Shown here: positions 36,123 through 49,093 of the stretch, one piece after another
How the letters are laid out: each line of letters begins with the position of its first letter
Numbering within the stretch: position 1 is the first letter of the stretch
Assembly (NCBI GenBank): GCA_047495785.1
Contig: JBLDXI010000013.1
Span: forward strand, 124,001-188,000
Direction of reading: 5' to 3'
DNA: 64,000 nt
DNA from: Lepidodermella squamata
Lineage: Eukaryota; Animalia; Gastrotricha
Notes under the pieces: model-generated
What the model was told of the DNA's origin: nothing
Seen by the model: only the letters and a program-made list of their open reading frames with translations
Database searches by the model: none
Made by a program: the position numbers and the translations under genes

Positions 36123-37850
36123 ATGGAAGGCTTCCAGAACGACTCATCTCAGCCCTGTGTATGCATCGGTAGCAAATTGCGATTGTTGTCGCAACTGAAA
36201 GTTCGGTATGAAGGAACTTTGTATTCCGTCGACACCGCCAAAAGCACTATAAGTTTGAAGAACGGTAGGAATTTTCCACCAGAATACATCAGATTGTTGA
36301 TAAGATTTATCTTTCTAGTCAAGACGTATGGTACTGAAGGCCGTAGTCCTGACGGCAATGAAGTTCCAGGCAGCGATGAAATCTTCGAAATTATCGTTTT
36401 CCGGGCTGCGGATATCTCTGAAATTTTCATGATCGAAGCTCCGACAGCAGTGAGCGTTGACCCAGCTATTGTTGATGTACGCCTTTTTTGCCCCAAAGTT
36501 TTTTTGTGACATTACTCTTTGTTATAGTATCAACAAACTCGCGAAAAACAGCTCGCGGCCAACGCTGGTGCATCTCAAAGAGACTTCACTTCCGGTCACA
36601 ATGTGACGTCAGGTTGGTAGTTCAGGTTTTAATTTCGGCTGTAACGCAACTTATGATATCTTGACCATACAGTTTCTGATTCCCGTGTTTCCACTCCAGG
36701 ACCCGAAAGTGTTCAAAGTGGTGATGTTCATCATGTACCTCGTCACGACGTCGGTCACGTCGGATCTAAAGCAGCTAACAAGGGTTGGGGCAACGAGAAT
36801 AATCGCAATAATGAACGTGATCATCAATCTGCATGGGGTCCTCGAAGCGGTCAATTTGACCGCCGAGCTGCTCCGGGTGACAACCGAAGGGAGCGCGAGG
36901 GTTACGGAGAGCGCAACGGACCCTATTCCGCTGTCGATCGCAAACCTCCAATGAATAACGGCAACGGTCGTGGATACCAAAATCATCAAGGTGGTCGAAG
37001 TGCCGGCTATGGCTACAGCAATGACGGGGCGCGGCCAAACACAGCCCGCCAACCCGGATATTATGGTGCTCAACAAGGAGGTTATCATGACCAGGAGCAC
37101 CGCCAAGCATACCGCTCAGGTGAGAATGGCGGTCGGACAGGATGGAGGGACCAGAGAGGCGGCGAGCGCTCAGATTTTCAACAACGCGGGGGACGAGACA
37201 ATGGTGCAGCGCCCCAGCGTGGCTATTTTAACCAGAGAGATGGAGGAGATGACAGGCACCAGGCTGTCCCTCAACAGCAACGTCGCCAGCAATTTAGCTC
37301 ACGCGACGCACCGCAGCAATCTCATGGACGCGGCCAGCCGCGCAAGGACCAACAAGGTGGCCAACGATCTCGTGATCGCGAGAACCCACGTGAACGCGAT
37401 CCTCAATCGAAAGATTCTAAGAATGTTCCTGAGTTCGATTTCGAAAAGGCTAATGAAGAATTCAGCAAGCTTGACCTCAGCCAAACCCCAGCCGCCGATA
37501 AGGAGGTTGAAGCGGGTAATGGATCGGAATCGGAAAACAAGGACGGTGCTGATTCAACTGAACCAACATATCAGAAGGATTCGTTCTTTGATGATATCAG
37601 CCGTGACAGCAGGTTTGCTTCATTGAATAGCCAAGTCTATGCATTTCATTCATTTTACTTTTTCAGACAAGCTCAGCGCCCAAAAACGAGTGAGCGCTCT
37701 CTCAACATGCAAACATTCGGCGCAGCTGCCACTCGGCGTCGGCCGGCGACGGGTCGATACTACAATCGCCGACCAGGAAACTGGACAGGTGCGGGAGGTT
37801 CGAACGGTGGCGAGGCCTCGACTAATGGTACCGCTCAGGTTTCGGCATAA
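36123..37850 (+). CDS. LSM14: LSM14/Scd6/Trailer hitch family P-body protein
   Basis: LSm domain IGSKLRLLSQLKVRYEGTLYSVD..VKTYGTEGR..IFEIIVFRAADISEI; RGG-rich middle; FDFEKANEEF (FDF box), YQKDSFFDDIS (FFD box), ERSLNMQTFG (TFG box). Confidence 0.93.
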
Positions 37851-39402
37851 TGAAGCGCAGCAAAAGAGACCGTAATGAAGACATTGGAACTGACAAATAT
37901 TTCGAAGAGTTGATGTTGTGCTTTCGATTTGAAATGTGTTTTTTTCTATGTTTGACGTGTTTAATTGTGATTGTGAAGCCACAGTTGATCAGTCAGACAA
38001 TCTGAGCTATTGGAAGCAAAATTCTTGTCTCGTATTTTGAACATTATTATCGCGATCATCGTGTTCCAACAGTTGGACTACTCCTCATCGTCACAGTTTC
38101 TTCTTTATAAAATGACTGATGCTCGCGGTGTTGAGAAAGAGCGTTTATCTCTCACGCTCTTTCTTGCTTTGTGGTTCCCTCGCCTCCTTTCAGCTTGCAA
38201 CAGAATTTCTGATTTTTCTTTGTAAAACTATCTATATACGCTAGAGTGTACATTCTCGTCGCTTGTTTATATGTGTTTGTGCATTTCGTAAGAAGAGCTG
38301 GTTCAGAGAGAGCATCACAGCGTGCCACTGATCTTGACCGATATGGTGCCACGCCGCTGGCAGTCATTCATTTTTTTAGAATCGGGTAGGAGTGTGATAT
38401 TTACAAATTGTGTGCTCGTGATCGCGAGACCACTGACCTTTCTTATTAAAAAGTGTCTGCAGCCAAGTTTGGTCGTACTAATCTCGTCCGGTTAATTGTA
38501 TGCTTCGACAAGGGTCTTGTAGGACTACTTGTGACTCCTCATGCTGGCTGTGTTTTTACACGTAAAAAGCGTTATTTAGTGTAACCGGCAAAAAGCAAAC
38601 GACAGCAATCAACGATGGCGGATGAGATGTGCGTGCTGACGGTGTTGATCTATATGATTATAAATAAATGAAGATTTCGCAAAGCGAGAGTCATTTCTAC
38701 TTATATTCATGATGATGATGATAAAATTAATGAACCAAATCGCTGTTTTGATTGCGCTCGGTGGTCTTTTCTAGTACACATTGCTGCCCGACCTATCGGT
38801 TTCTTTTACAAAAATACATTCATATATAATCATAATTATAAATATATTTACCCATCATTCGTCTTCGTATAAGCCAGCCTATTCATTATAGTTGTTATTT
38901 TGCGTTCGGTTTTAAGCAGTGATAGGCGATCGGTTGGTGCCAACTTTTCTCTACCAATCTTCAAGTGATCGAATCATCAAGTAATAGCAATTAGAGCTGT
39001 TGTGTTTGTTGTTCCCTTGTATCGCCTCGTCATTATCAGTATCTTAAGACCTTTTAGATTAGGACGACTCAGCAATTATTTAGCTACGGTCTCGTATGAA
39101 GATGCAGGTATTCAGTATGTAAGCGCAACTCTTTGAAGCTTCTTGGACAGTGAACCTCGCGTTTAATGCTAAGACATGTTTACCATGATCGCTGCAACCT
39201 GAGGTTAATTGTCCGTGCACCGAGAGCTGTCTATTTTCTAATTTCGTCTGCGTCGTCGTCGAATTTATTGCTTCTATCCGTATGTCATATGACATTCGAT
39301 AATTGAATAATAAATCACTACATGTATGCATTGGGCTAGTTGTTTTTTGCATATTTTTGTTTTAAGTCGTTGTTCCTTAGAAGCAATAGAGTTATGTAAC
39401 AG

Positions 39403-41666
39403 ATGGTAAAGGAAGCTGAGCTGGCGTTTGACCTGGTTTTAGATACATATAGCAAACTTGGCAGCAAAGGTTTGTATCAATTGACATAGCGAAGACAATG
39501 GTAATATTATCTGGACAGGAAAACCTGTGAAAGACGAGGAGTGGACGCATTTAGCAGCTATCTTGGTTGAAATAACTGATGATGAGGGTAAGTTCAGCCC
39601 TCTCAACCACGTGATTTTCTAGCTAATTTCAAGCAGATGGAAGTAAGCACCTTGAGGTCGTCTCTTTGGGGACAGGTGGTTTTCGAAGTCAATAAGCAGC
39701 TATCATCACATTTCACTTTGAAGAGCAGGTACCAAGTGCATAGGTCGATCCAAGCTCATGTCTATTCGCAATGGTAGGTACCTAGTGGAATCTAAATTAT
39801 CAGGAAAAGTTATAAACTCATTTTTGTCTTTTTGCAGGTTCAGTGGTGCGTGACAGTCATGCAGAGGTAGTAGCCAGGCGCTGTTTCATTTTGTAAGTTA
39901 GTGTGAAGCTTTCAGAAGTTCATTGCAGTCTCAGATCGGAACCGAGCTCACTGAATTATTCTGTAGCACATATCTATAATTCTAAAACGAAATATTGGTT
40001 ATCATCAGGTATCTATACAGCTGCCTGCGAGATTTTTATAAAACAAATTCGAAGCAAACTATTCTTGAAGCCGATCAAAACGAGGACGGATCTTTGTCCC
40101 CAAGATGTCGGGTCAAACCGAACGTTCAATTTATTTTCTTGTTAACTCATGCGCCATGTAAGGCTTCTTCCAAGTCTACTATAATTTGACATTGTGCGTC
40201 AACTCTTTGAGGTGGAGACGCAGCTATTTTCGATAAGCCAGATGAATGCGATGTAGGCGATGATGTTGCCGCGAATGAAAGGGACCAGATCACTGGAGAG
40301 CCGAGTCAAAAACGACCCAAAGGCGAAGGTGATATATTCAGAACAGGAGCAAAAGTAGTTCCGGGTTCAAAAAAGCAAGATCCTCTTCTGCCGAAAAAGA
40401 AATATCATGTCACTGGCGTGCTTCGCACTAAGCCAGGTCGGGGTGATCCGACTCTTTCGATGTCTTGTTCAGACAAAATGCTCAAATGGCACTTACTCGG
40501 TATTCAAGGTTTTGTTTGTCGGAGAACTTCATCCATCTGGGTTAACCTATTTTCTTTCATCAAGGGTCATTACTATCCCATTTCATACCGCAGCCTATTC
40601 GATTTTCGCGCATTATATTTACCAAATGCCACATGGAAGAATCTGCCATCACACGAGCTCTATCAGTGACAAGGCTGGAAAATATGACAGGTTACACCGC
40701 CGAACAGGTATCGATTCCACCAATCGTTAAAATAGATCGCGACTTCGAATTCAGTCGTCATCGCATTGAGGCCATCGCAGGAAACAAAGCCAGACCATCA
40801 GCAACAAGTACATTAGCGTTGTAAGAGATCAATTTCAAGTCTGAATGTGTGATTTTTTAGGTTTGTGCTTCTGCCATGGCTACGAGAAAAACGATGTGTT
40901 AGTGGATGGGTTCAAGCTTGGTTTGACAAAGAAACAGTTGTCTCAACAGCGTTTTGCGTAAGCTAAATTACTAAGAAGTAGCTACGGCGCAGATTTGCCG
41001 CAAGCTGAAATGTTGGCATTCAGTTATTTGAGTTACCTACTTTACCTACTTTATAAAAACGGGGCTAATGCTCCACTGAAAATGAAAAAATCCCCCTTAC
41101 GACGAAATTGGTTCTTGAGTGATCGGCAGCATCAATTAATGAAAATCGATTAGATTTTAATTTCAAATTCAATGAAACATTAGTTGTTGATTCTTGATGG
41201 TTCACCTACAAAATTTTCTCCTTTATTGAAAACAATGCGAGGGATTTGGACCTAACTTTATTAAACCAAGATTAAATGTAGGGTCATGCCATATTTATTA
41301 TGTAATTCTGTATCAATAACTTAAATAACTTGAATTTTCTTATATCAAGATCATATATCAGCTCCTACAATTACTTGACCGAATTCATGCGATTAGCCAG
41401 TGAACTGGCGCCAGATGATCTGCAGAAAATGTTTCAGCAACCGTTGAACGACATTCGAACTTGGACATACGGTAAACGGTTTTAAACGAATTAAAAAAGA
41501 CGGATTTTTAACATGTATGTTTTTCATAGGAACGATAAAATGCCGCTCTGAGAGCTATTGTGACACCAGAAACAAACTGCTATCTACTGTGATGAAAGAT
41601 TGGCTTGTTAAACCTAAAGAATTGTATGATTTTCGACTGATTGAAGAAAATATGAAAAATAATTAA
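39403..41666 (+). CDS. ADAT1: tRNA-specific adenosine deaminase 1
   Basis: GKP...[61 protein letters not shown]; no dsRBDs; many short exons. Confidence 0.92.
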
Positions 41667-41746
41667 TATTCGAAATTTGCCGCTTCGCTCATTTATTGCT
41701 GTGATAATGCGAATACAAAACGGATACAAGCATCGAGCAGTCAGTT

Positions 41747-43239
41747 TTAATTTAGCGGTAGATCAGGAACGGCGAGTAAGAAGTCCATCACGGCAGAATT
41801 GCGCCATGCAAACAGCGTTATGCCAGCTTTGTATGATGCGGGAATCGATAAATAGGGCGTTACATTAGGATCGCCCGAGCCCAGGTGTCTAAAGGATTCT
41901 TCCCTCAACATGTTAACAACCTGCAAAAGAGTGAAGAAACTTAACGAGCATGAAATCGCTGGTCTGCATGAACTCACCTGTCCCAAAACATTAGCTTTAT
42001 CCCAGCCTGGAATGGCGCAAAGCAGTCTTAGATCATGCTCATCGCTCACGTTTGTTTCTGACGAGGAAGCCGAGGAAGATGGTTGATATCTGGATATTAC
42101 ATCGGCTCGACGAATCAACAAAGTCGAGTCGCTACTTAGCTGCGTTGCGAATACGCTCTCCTTGAATCCTGCTGGATTTGTCACTGTGTGAAGCAAAGCT
42201 GAAGAAGACAAATGAGACGAAGCCAAAGTCAAAATTTGCCCTGAACAAACGTTCTGACATGCCGACATGGGAAACAGCGAATACTACATCGTGATGCCAA
42301 GCGTCAGCTATCGGCGTGTTTTCACCCGGAAGGCTTTTTTGCAGGTTTATAGTTAAAACGGGTACAGCACCTTTGTTGATCCAAAAGCTGAGAAAGCGAT
42401 GCAACTGAAAACAACGCTGTGGCCATGTTGCGAAAAATCGACCGCCGATACATTGATGACTGATTTGGCACACCGCTAAATTCGAACAATAGATAACTAT
42501 TCAGAATCTCGAATTAATTTACAATTTAGAATATCAGTGGCAGTGCAGCCAGCGTTTGATCTAGATAAAAGATAACCAGGCAAAGGTGCACTCTCTGCTC
42601 GTCGCCGGATACCAACAACCTGAAGTGGAATTAAATTCATCATTATTTCATTTATAATATCTAATGTGGATGTAACCTGCGTCAGACGATGTTTGTCAAA
42701 GTTATCATAGCCGAGCATACACTAAACGGTAATTTGTATAAATTTGAAGAACTGAATATTGTTGAAAAATACAGCTATACTAACCAATGTCGCCCAAGTG
42801 GCTACAGCGCCACATGACGAAGGGCCGAAATCATTGTCCATTAAATGTGATGAAATAAAAGCCGATCTGTTACTTGACGCTTTGCAATCATTGCTGCAGC
42901 AACATTTCGACAAAAACATCAAGTAATTACGTTCGCCGCATGGCTGAAAAGACACAGACATGCAGAAGACACAATAAATGAAACAAATTATAGTCATTTA
43001 ACTCAATACCTCGTTACTTTTGGTCGTGGTATCGGGATTATGACAACTAAATAATCAAGATAAAATATTCTTTAACGGTGTGTGCACTCATGCTTTTGTG
43101 GAACTCACCAATTCACACCTAGGTACATGTTAAATTATTATTTTTGACGGATTTTTGACATCTGAAGCTGTACCCTACCTGAACTGCTGCTTTCTTCAGG
43201 GCGAACAACATCATTATCATTATCAATACCAGAATCCAT
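41747..43239 (-). CDS. uncharacterised protein with a putative papain-fold (C39/BIVM-like) Cys-His-Asn arrangement
   Basis: Spliced product contains GPSSCGAVA, YLLSRSNAGCT, GRFF, GAVPVLTINLQ, DAWHHDVV, TNP, NVLGQVVNMLRE and IPASYKAGITLF; includes a 10-nt exon at 43109-43118. Confidence 0.7.
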
Positions 43240-43354
43240 CAATTCTTGGAAATTTTCTATATAAAAAATTCATTCCATTGAATCATTACAACAATTTATT
43301 ACATTTCATCTTTGATTAAAGAAGCAATGCGCTACATAACATTACATAACATTA

Positions 43355-43464
43355 CATTTTGGTTTGCCTGCTTGGGAAGCACTTTGCTTCTAGAGCAGTG
43401 ATTGGGAAGAAATTGCTTGGGAAGCATTTCATGGCGTGTGGAATCTGAAACAGCTTGGGAAGCA
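43355..43464. repeat. copy 1 of a repeat built from TGCTT-GGG-AAGCA mini-hairpins
   Basis: Motif at 43369-43381, 43414-43426 and 43452-43464 (variant); a similar copy lies at 44248-44380. Confidence 0.7.
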
Positions 43465-43541
43465 CTACAATCCAAGCAAGTTATATTTATAGGATGAGGC
43501 TATAAGACTTTGAGGCAACAAGACAATAATTAGGCTATAAG

Positions 43542-43841
43542 ATGAGGCTACAAACCAAGCTGGTCTTCCAGTGCCACCATAACGAAGCGCCCGTCGAGCT
43601 AATCGAGCTATTCAAGCCAAAAACAGAGGTGAACCCTGTACTCCGCAGTTCCGATAACGGCAGCCTCAAAGCCACGCAGTCCGACAGTGCCACTCACGAT
43701 CGAACCTTCATCATCCGTGGTTCGAAGGCCTGGAGCAAGGCCGACCTCTTCATTCGCAAACATACCAGCTCGAAAGCCTGTCGCAGAGCCGCTTGCTTGC
43801 AGCAATTCTTCATCGAGCAGGTGTCTGAATGGACCAAATAG
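43542..43841 (+). mobile_element. 3' fragment of LINE ORF2 (CR1/L2-like)
   Basis: LVFQCHHNEAPVELIELF...LRS...RTFIIRGSKAWS is typical of the C-terminal tail of these elements. Confidence 0.7.
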
Positions 43842-44247
43842 ATCATAGCTCTATTTTTATAATTTATTTTTGTATCCCATTGTGCCTTTTCTGCGCCCAA
43901 CACCGAAGTACGGGTGACAGGTCTAACTTATCAACCCAAGCCCTGTTAAATCACCAGAATTGGTGTCAGGGTCTAACATCCATCCATCCATCCATACAAA
44001 ACTCATATAACGGTGAAACTCGCTTATTTAGCCGTGTTACCACGGGCTGCGGGCAACGGGCAACACGGAGCAAGGATAACAATGAAAAATTGATGAAAAA
44101 GCTTTTACTCCACCTCTGAATAGTAGGCATAGAAGGGTGAGTTCGATCGAGAAGCATTCGTTTGAAATCTAAAAATCTAATTCTTGTCTTGAATTGCAAT
44201 TTACTTGGATTGCTTTTGTGGTTCAGCGGTGAAAAGTGCGCAATCAC

Positions 44248-44380
44248 TGCTTGGGAAGCAACTGTTTCCGTGATTGTTAAGCCATTTTGGTTTACCTGCT
44301 TGTAGAACAGGGATTGGGAAGTAGTTGCTCTGAAAGCAATTGCTTGGGCAGCATTTCATGGCATTATGGAATACGAAACG
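44248..44380. repeat. copy 2 of the TGCTTGGGAAGCA repeat
   Basis: cattttggttt.cctgcttg...gattgggaag...aattgcttggg.agcatttcatggc is shared with 43355-43450. Confidence 0.7.
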
Positions 44381-44439
44381 GCGAAGATCTCATAGAGGTC
44401 CATATCTCATAATATCACGATCACGATCACGATTTCTCC

Positions 44440-44845
44440 TCGCCCGGACGGACAACAGCTTCGGAGACAGCAAGAATGAGAAGATGGCGCGCCTTCGGCC
44501 ACATCCTACGTCTACCGGCGACGACACCAGCGCAAGCCGCGATGGACCTGTATTTCCGAGCTGGTGGCCAACCCTACCTAGGCCGAGGCCTGACCACACT
44601 GCCAGAAGTGCTTGCCAAGGAAATAAGGGAAGCACACAATCATCTGAAAGTAACATATGAAGACCACAACTACGGGAAGCTTTGGTACCCTGATGTGGCT
44701 AGCGCCAAAGACATGGCGATGCTCCGAGATCTCGCCAGCAACCGCAACGGATGGCGGCGACTGACTGCCCGAATTTGTGCCTCCGCGTCGAAGGCGGCGA
44801 AACCCTCGCAAAGGGTGTAAAGCCGTAATCATCGTCATCATCATC
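44440..44845 (+). mobile_element. 5'-truncated RTE-clade LINE 3' end
   Basis: RRWRAFGHILRLP..TPA..AM..YF....GR..TTLP...LRDLASNRNGWRRL followed by a (TCA)n-like tail. Confidence 0.8.
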
Positions 44846-47800
44846 GGACGGACTTGGGCTTTCGCCATAAGGCGGAGCTAAAGAGAAATTCGCGAGCTTA
44901 CGCTCTGGGAAAGTTTGGTCTGCTTTACTAACTACTTAATGATGTCCCTACCCCTGGTACTCCAGTTATTGCTGACTTTGGTTCTCGAATGAATGAATGC
45001 GTTTTATTATTAAAGCCCCAGACTTTAACATATTTCTTAAACGTTATTGAAAATACATGAGTTAAGAGGATACGATACTAAGTCTTACAAAAATGTCACA
45101 CAAAGTGTAGTATCCGACTTTGGTTCTCCAGAGCCCAGGCATCGCAGTTAGTGCCCGTAGATGGCTTTCAAATCAGTAGCGCCAAAATTCAAATTCGACC
45201 TTGCTTCTTTTAAAAATCTAAATGCAACGTTAATGATGAAGTAGAAAATTTAAATTCGTAATTTACGTTCAGCATTAAATTGATGACCTTGACGTATATT
45301 GATAAAATAAAAAAAATAAAGCTCAATGTGTATGCAAGTGAAATATTTAAATCTATTTAGACCTCGACATATTTAAAAATTTTATGGCGTTAAAAAATAG
45401 TAAAAAAATTAATAATCAAATTTGGAAAAGTATAAATGCCCTTTAAGAGCAAAAATAATGAGAATAAATTAAAAGAAGTTGTTTTGTCTGCGTTTCTCCA
45501 CGTGTTTTCATGTTCTTGGCACTCAAAGCGTTTTACACAGTTGTGAAGTGCTGAATTCAGTGTATCTCCCGTTTGGCCTGATTTTCTGACTTGATGTTTT
45601 ATTTCACCTTGGTCCTATAGCAGAACAATACACATACGTATGACAGCAGCTGCTCTTCGATCTTCGATCATGTTTCTATTGCATCTAATCAGTTTTGTGA
45701 CTCATGAGTTCACGCTTAAAAACTTAAGCCATCAGAGTTACTTTGAGATTTGAGGTTGGGCATCATTTTCTTTCATCCAGCATCTCACCACCGTCCAAGT
45801 ATAATGCAATGGTCATTATTTCTTATTTCATTAGCTTTCATTTGCCTGGACGCCGCTCAGCTTTAGCTTAATAAATGTAGCACAATGAATTTTGAACTTT
45901 TAGCCTTGAGCCATGTTTTTGATTGTCTTAATTGACTCGTCATGCAGCTGTTTAAAGTCTTAAGCTTTGTTAGTGCTAGATTAAAGTGGCTGTGATTCTT
46001 CGGTGCATTAAATTCGTCATTTCATTTGATTCAATTCATCATGATGGCCAATTTTTAGCCCATAAATTGTACAACAGTGCATCTATGATAATTGCCTGGG
46101 CGTCTTAGGGATTTTATTGTAAATCTTCTTGGATCTTCTTGTCGAACATTGGTGTGAATCTTATTAGCTAAACATGGAATGCTTGTAGTTTTCTAACTGC
46201 TAGTAACAGGATACTGATGTGGTGGAACTTTGAAAATTGACTTAATTTGGAAGATTTTTCATGCTTGATTTTGACAATGACTCTTGTTAAGTTAGTCAAG
46301 AAAGACAGTTACTTGATAGCTTGCAGTCACCGACTTTCATTATTTATTCGCTTAGATCCGCAGGCTTTCATGTTTCGCTAATCAAGACTGAATTTGGATT
46401 TCTCGTTACATTTCCGTTGTCAAGTTTCACTTCAAATCTTTTATTTTAGTGTTAATCGATAGTCTCTCAGTTATTGACGATTGACGATCTACACGAGTTA
46501 CGTCAACGTGGTTTATTAATTATTGTATCAATAATGATGTTTTGGGCCTAATCTGTGAAGTCTGCTGGTGTAAAATTGCACAGTAACTGCGCAAGATCAT
46601 GTCTCGGATGAGCTCTGAGCTTTGCTTAGCTCGTCTCTTAGCTTAGCTTTGCTTAGCCACCTATGTTTCAATTCTTCCAACAAAAAGTCTTATCACTTAT
46701 TTAACTGCTCATAATGGTGTTCTCTTGAATTACATAGAATTGTTTGTTTAAAAGTTGATGATGGTACAAAGATGCCGACAATTAGCGGTCTTCGACGAAG
46801 CTACTTCGATTTTCTCAATCCAATCCTTTAAATGGTCATCTCGGTAGACGAATCGCGCTATCAATGGCCAACAACTGCCTTGCATTATCTAATTTCTTAA
46901 GTGGTCATTCTACATTCAATGCTGACGAAAATCATCGAGCTTCAAACTTCCTCAATTTCGCTCAAAATGATATTCTGCGGCCGGTCTACATCTGAAGGGT
47001 CTGTGCCGGAGCATTACTGGGTCGATCTTGAACGAGCTTGTATGCAAATTCTTGGCTGTGGCTTCGATAACGTGCAAATTAAGCCCATTTTTCAAGCAGC
47101 TACTAACGAATGGTTCCTGATGGATCGATAATCATCAATGACGTTTAACGGAACACTTATCTGCTTGACTGCAATTGGATTCTTTTCAAGATTGACGCTA
47201 ATATTACAAACTGCATCAAACAATTCGATTGGATTGCTCATTCAATTTTTTAATAATTATTATTATCATTTGTGAATGCCTGTTTTGAGTGTCAGGAAAT
47301 TTCTGTAAGAGTTTCTGAATAAAATATTGAGCGTATTACTTTTCGGTGTTGATTTATTGGTGAATATCGATGATTCCAGTGGTTTGATGCAGCAGAAATG
47401 ATTAAAATAACGAGCTGGAAAGCAGCCTAGGTCTAGATCGTCCACCAGGCCCCGGAAGCTCCCAAAAATGGGGTTACCGCGCTAACTTCAAGCCGCTAGG
47501 CATCACTAACTAGCCAATTTTAGCACAAGATTGCGTGGCATGACTCGCTGAATGCAACCGGAATCGATTTCAGACCTTGCAAGGGTGCTAGAACTATCAG
47601 GAAAGAAACAGGCGAAGCGTGACTGTTTCTCGAAAAAGCCCACAAAAACCACTAAAACGACGCTAAAACCTCGCAACCATTGTAGCAACGGGCTAAATTC
47701 GCATGCAGCAAATTTATCGCTGTAAAACAATTTAAATATTGTACAACAATGTATTTTTAGTTTTGATTTCATGTTTAGTGTTTATATATGCCTGTGCAAA

Positions 47801-48387
47801 AATATCCTTGAACAGGGCCTAATGCCGCCATTACGTCGAATTTTTAGTTTCGCCGCTCACATATTGCTGCTGCCTGATGCGATGACGTGCGCTGCGATGG
47901 ACGCGATGGGTTAAGTGTTTTCGGAGGACGAGGACTGAAGCAAAAACGCCTTCTTTTCGAACCTCCCGAGCCATAGCTATTTTCTGAGGATTGACAAATT
48001 TCCTTCAACAAAAGCGATCCTCCACACCAATTGGCCATTTGCTTCCTTTGGCACGCGAGGTTCCCAATGCAAGAATGTATGTGAAGTGTGAAGGTCACCA
48101 GTCATATTTCTATTTGTTACTGACCCTCAAGGGAAAATAACCTCCCAACTACCGCTCAACTTGAAATCAACTACAGAACAAATGCTCACTGTAAAGTGAG
48201 GCTTAGTAGGAGGACCAAATGTGTATTAGGTAAAATTCTAATCGAAGATTTCTGTTTGATACATTCCTAAATGTCCAATGTCCGAAGTCGTGTTTCTACT
48301 GTTTCTACTGTTTAATTTTATTATATTATCCCATTCGACTTTATTTTCTTAGACACCCTAATTTAGTTAATTTACATTTCGAGAAAC

Positions 48388-48782
48388 ATGCCTGGGGAAA
48401 CTCTGTCAAGCGTCGTGTCCAAGACCTGGAACGAATATAAATCTACCACGGCTACACGCTTAAAGCTGATTGATGCCTACCTTGTCTACGTTCTGCTGAC
48501 CGGAATTGCTCAATTCGTTTACTGCGTTTTGGTTGGCACCTTTCCATTCAATTCATTTTTGTCTGGCTTCATTTCTTGCGTCGGCTCGTTCGTTCTTGCC
48601 GGTAAGATTTAGCATGGCAGCGAAATAGAGCTTGTTAACAACCATCTTTTCTAGCATGTCTGCGTATTCAAGTCAACCAAGAAAACAAGGCCGAATTCAA
48701 TGTTACACCCGAGCGAGCTTTTGCTGACTTTCTCTTTGCTCATGTCATTTTGCACCTCGTCGTCATCAACTTCATGGGTTGA
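48388..48782 (+). CDS. DAD1: DAD1/OST2 oligosaccharyltransferase subunit
   Basis: [44 protein letters not shown]|[31 protein letters not shown]; intron 48602-48654. Confidence 0.97.
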
Positions 48783-49093
48783 AGTCTTGAACTGCTGAAA
48801 CTGCATGTGATATGCGCGTTTTCTGTGTGATGAAACAAAAACTTTGAAGGTTAGTGTTGACTCGTCATGCCGCAGCTTTAAGGGCATAACATGTCGTAAT
48901 AGATTGGACTGACGACGATTGTCTAGCAATATTGTATCTTATAGTATGCTCTGGGTTTTGGTGTTATGTTTCTCTCATTATATACGGTTGCATGTGAAAA
49001 TAATGAGTGATCGGCATATTACTGCTCCGAGATGAATTTAATTTTAATTTTAATTTTTAGTTGTTTTTTATATGAAGATGTGACTGGTGTAAA

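Noticed and set aside
45530-45600. RKSGQTGDTLNS as an RNA-virus RdRp motif B
   Set aside because: No downstream GDD or upstream motif A in frame.
45480-47250. Alternative genetic code (TAA/TAG=Gln) insert
   Set aside because: Read-through still meets TGA stops and frameshifts; all conserved genes use the standard code.
48827-48912. Possible C/D snoRNA (GTGATGA...CTGA) with a segment resembling the complement of 18S CTGTGATGCCCTTAGA
   Set aside because: The match is imperfect, not adjacent to a D/D' box, and sits within local hairpins; it is better explained as another folded spacer. Not excluded without snoscan.
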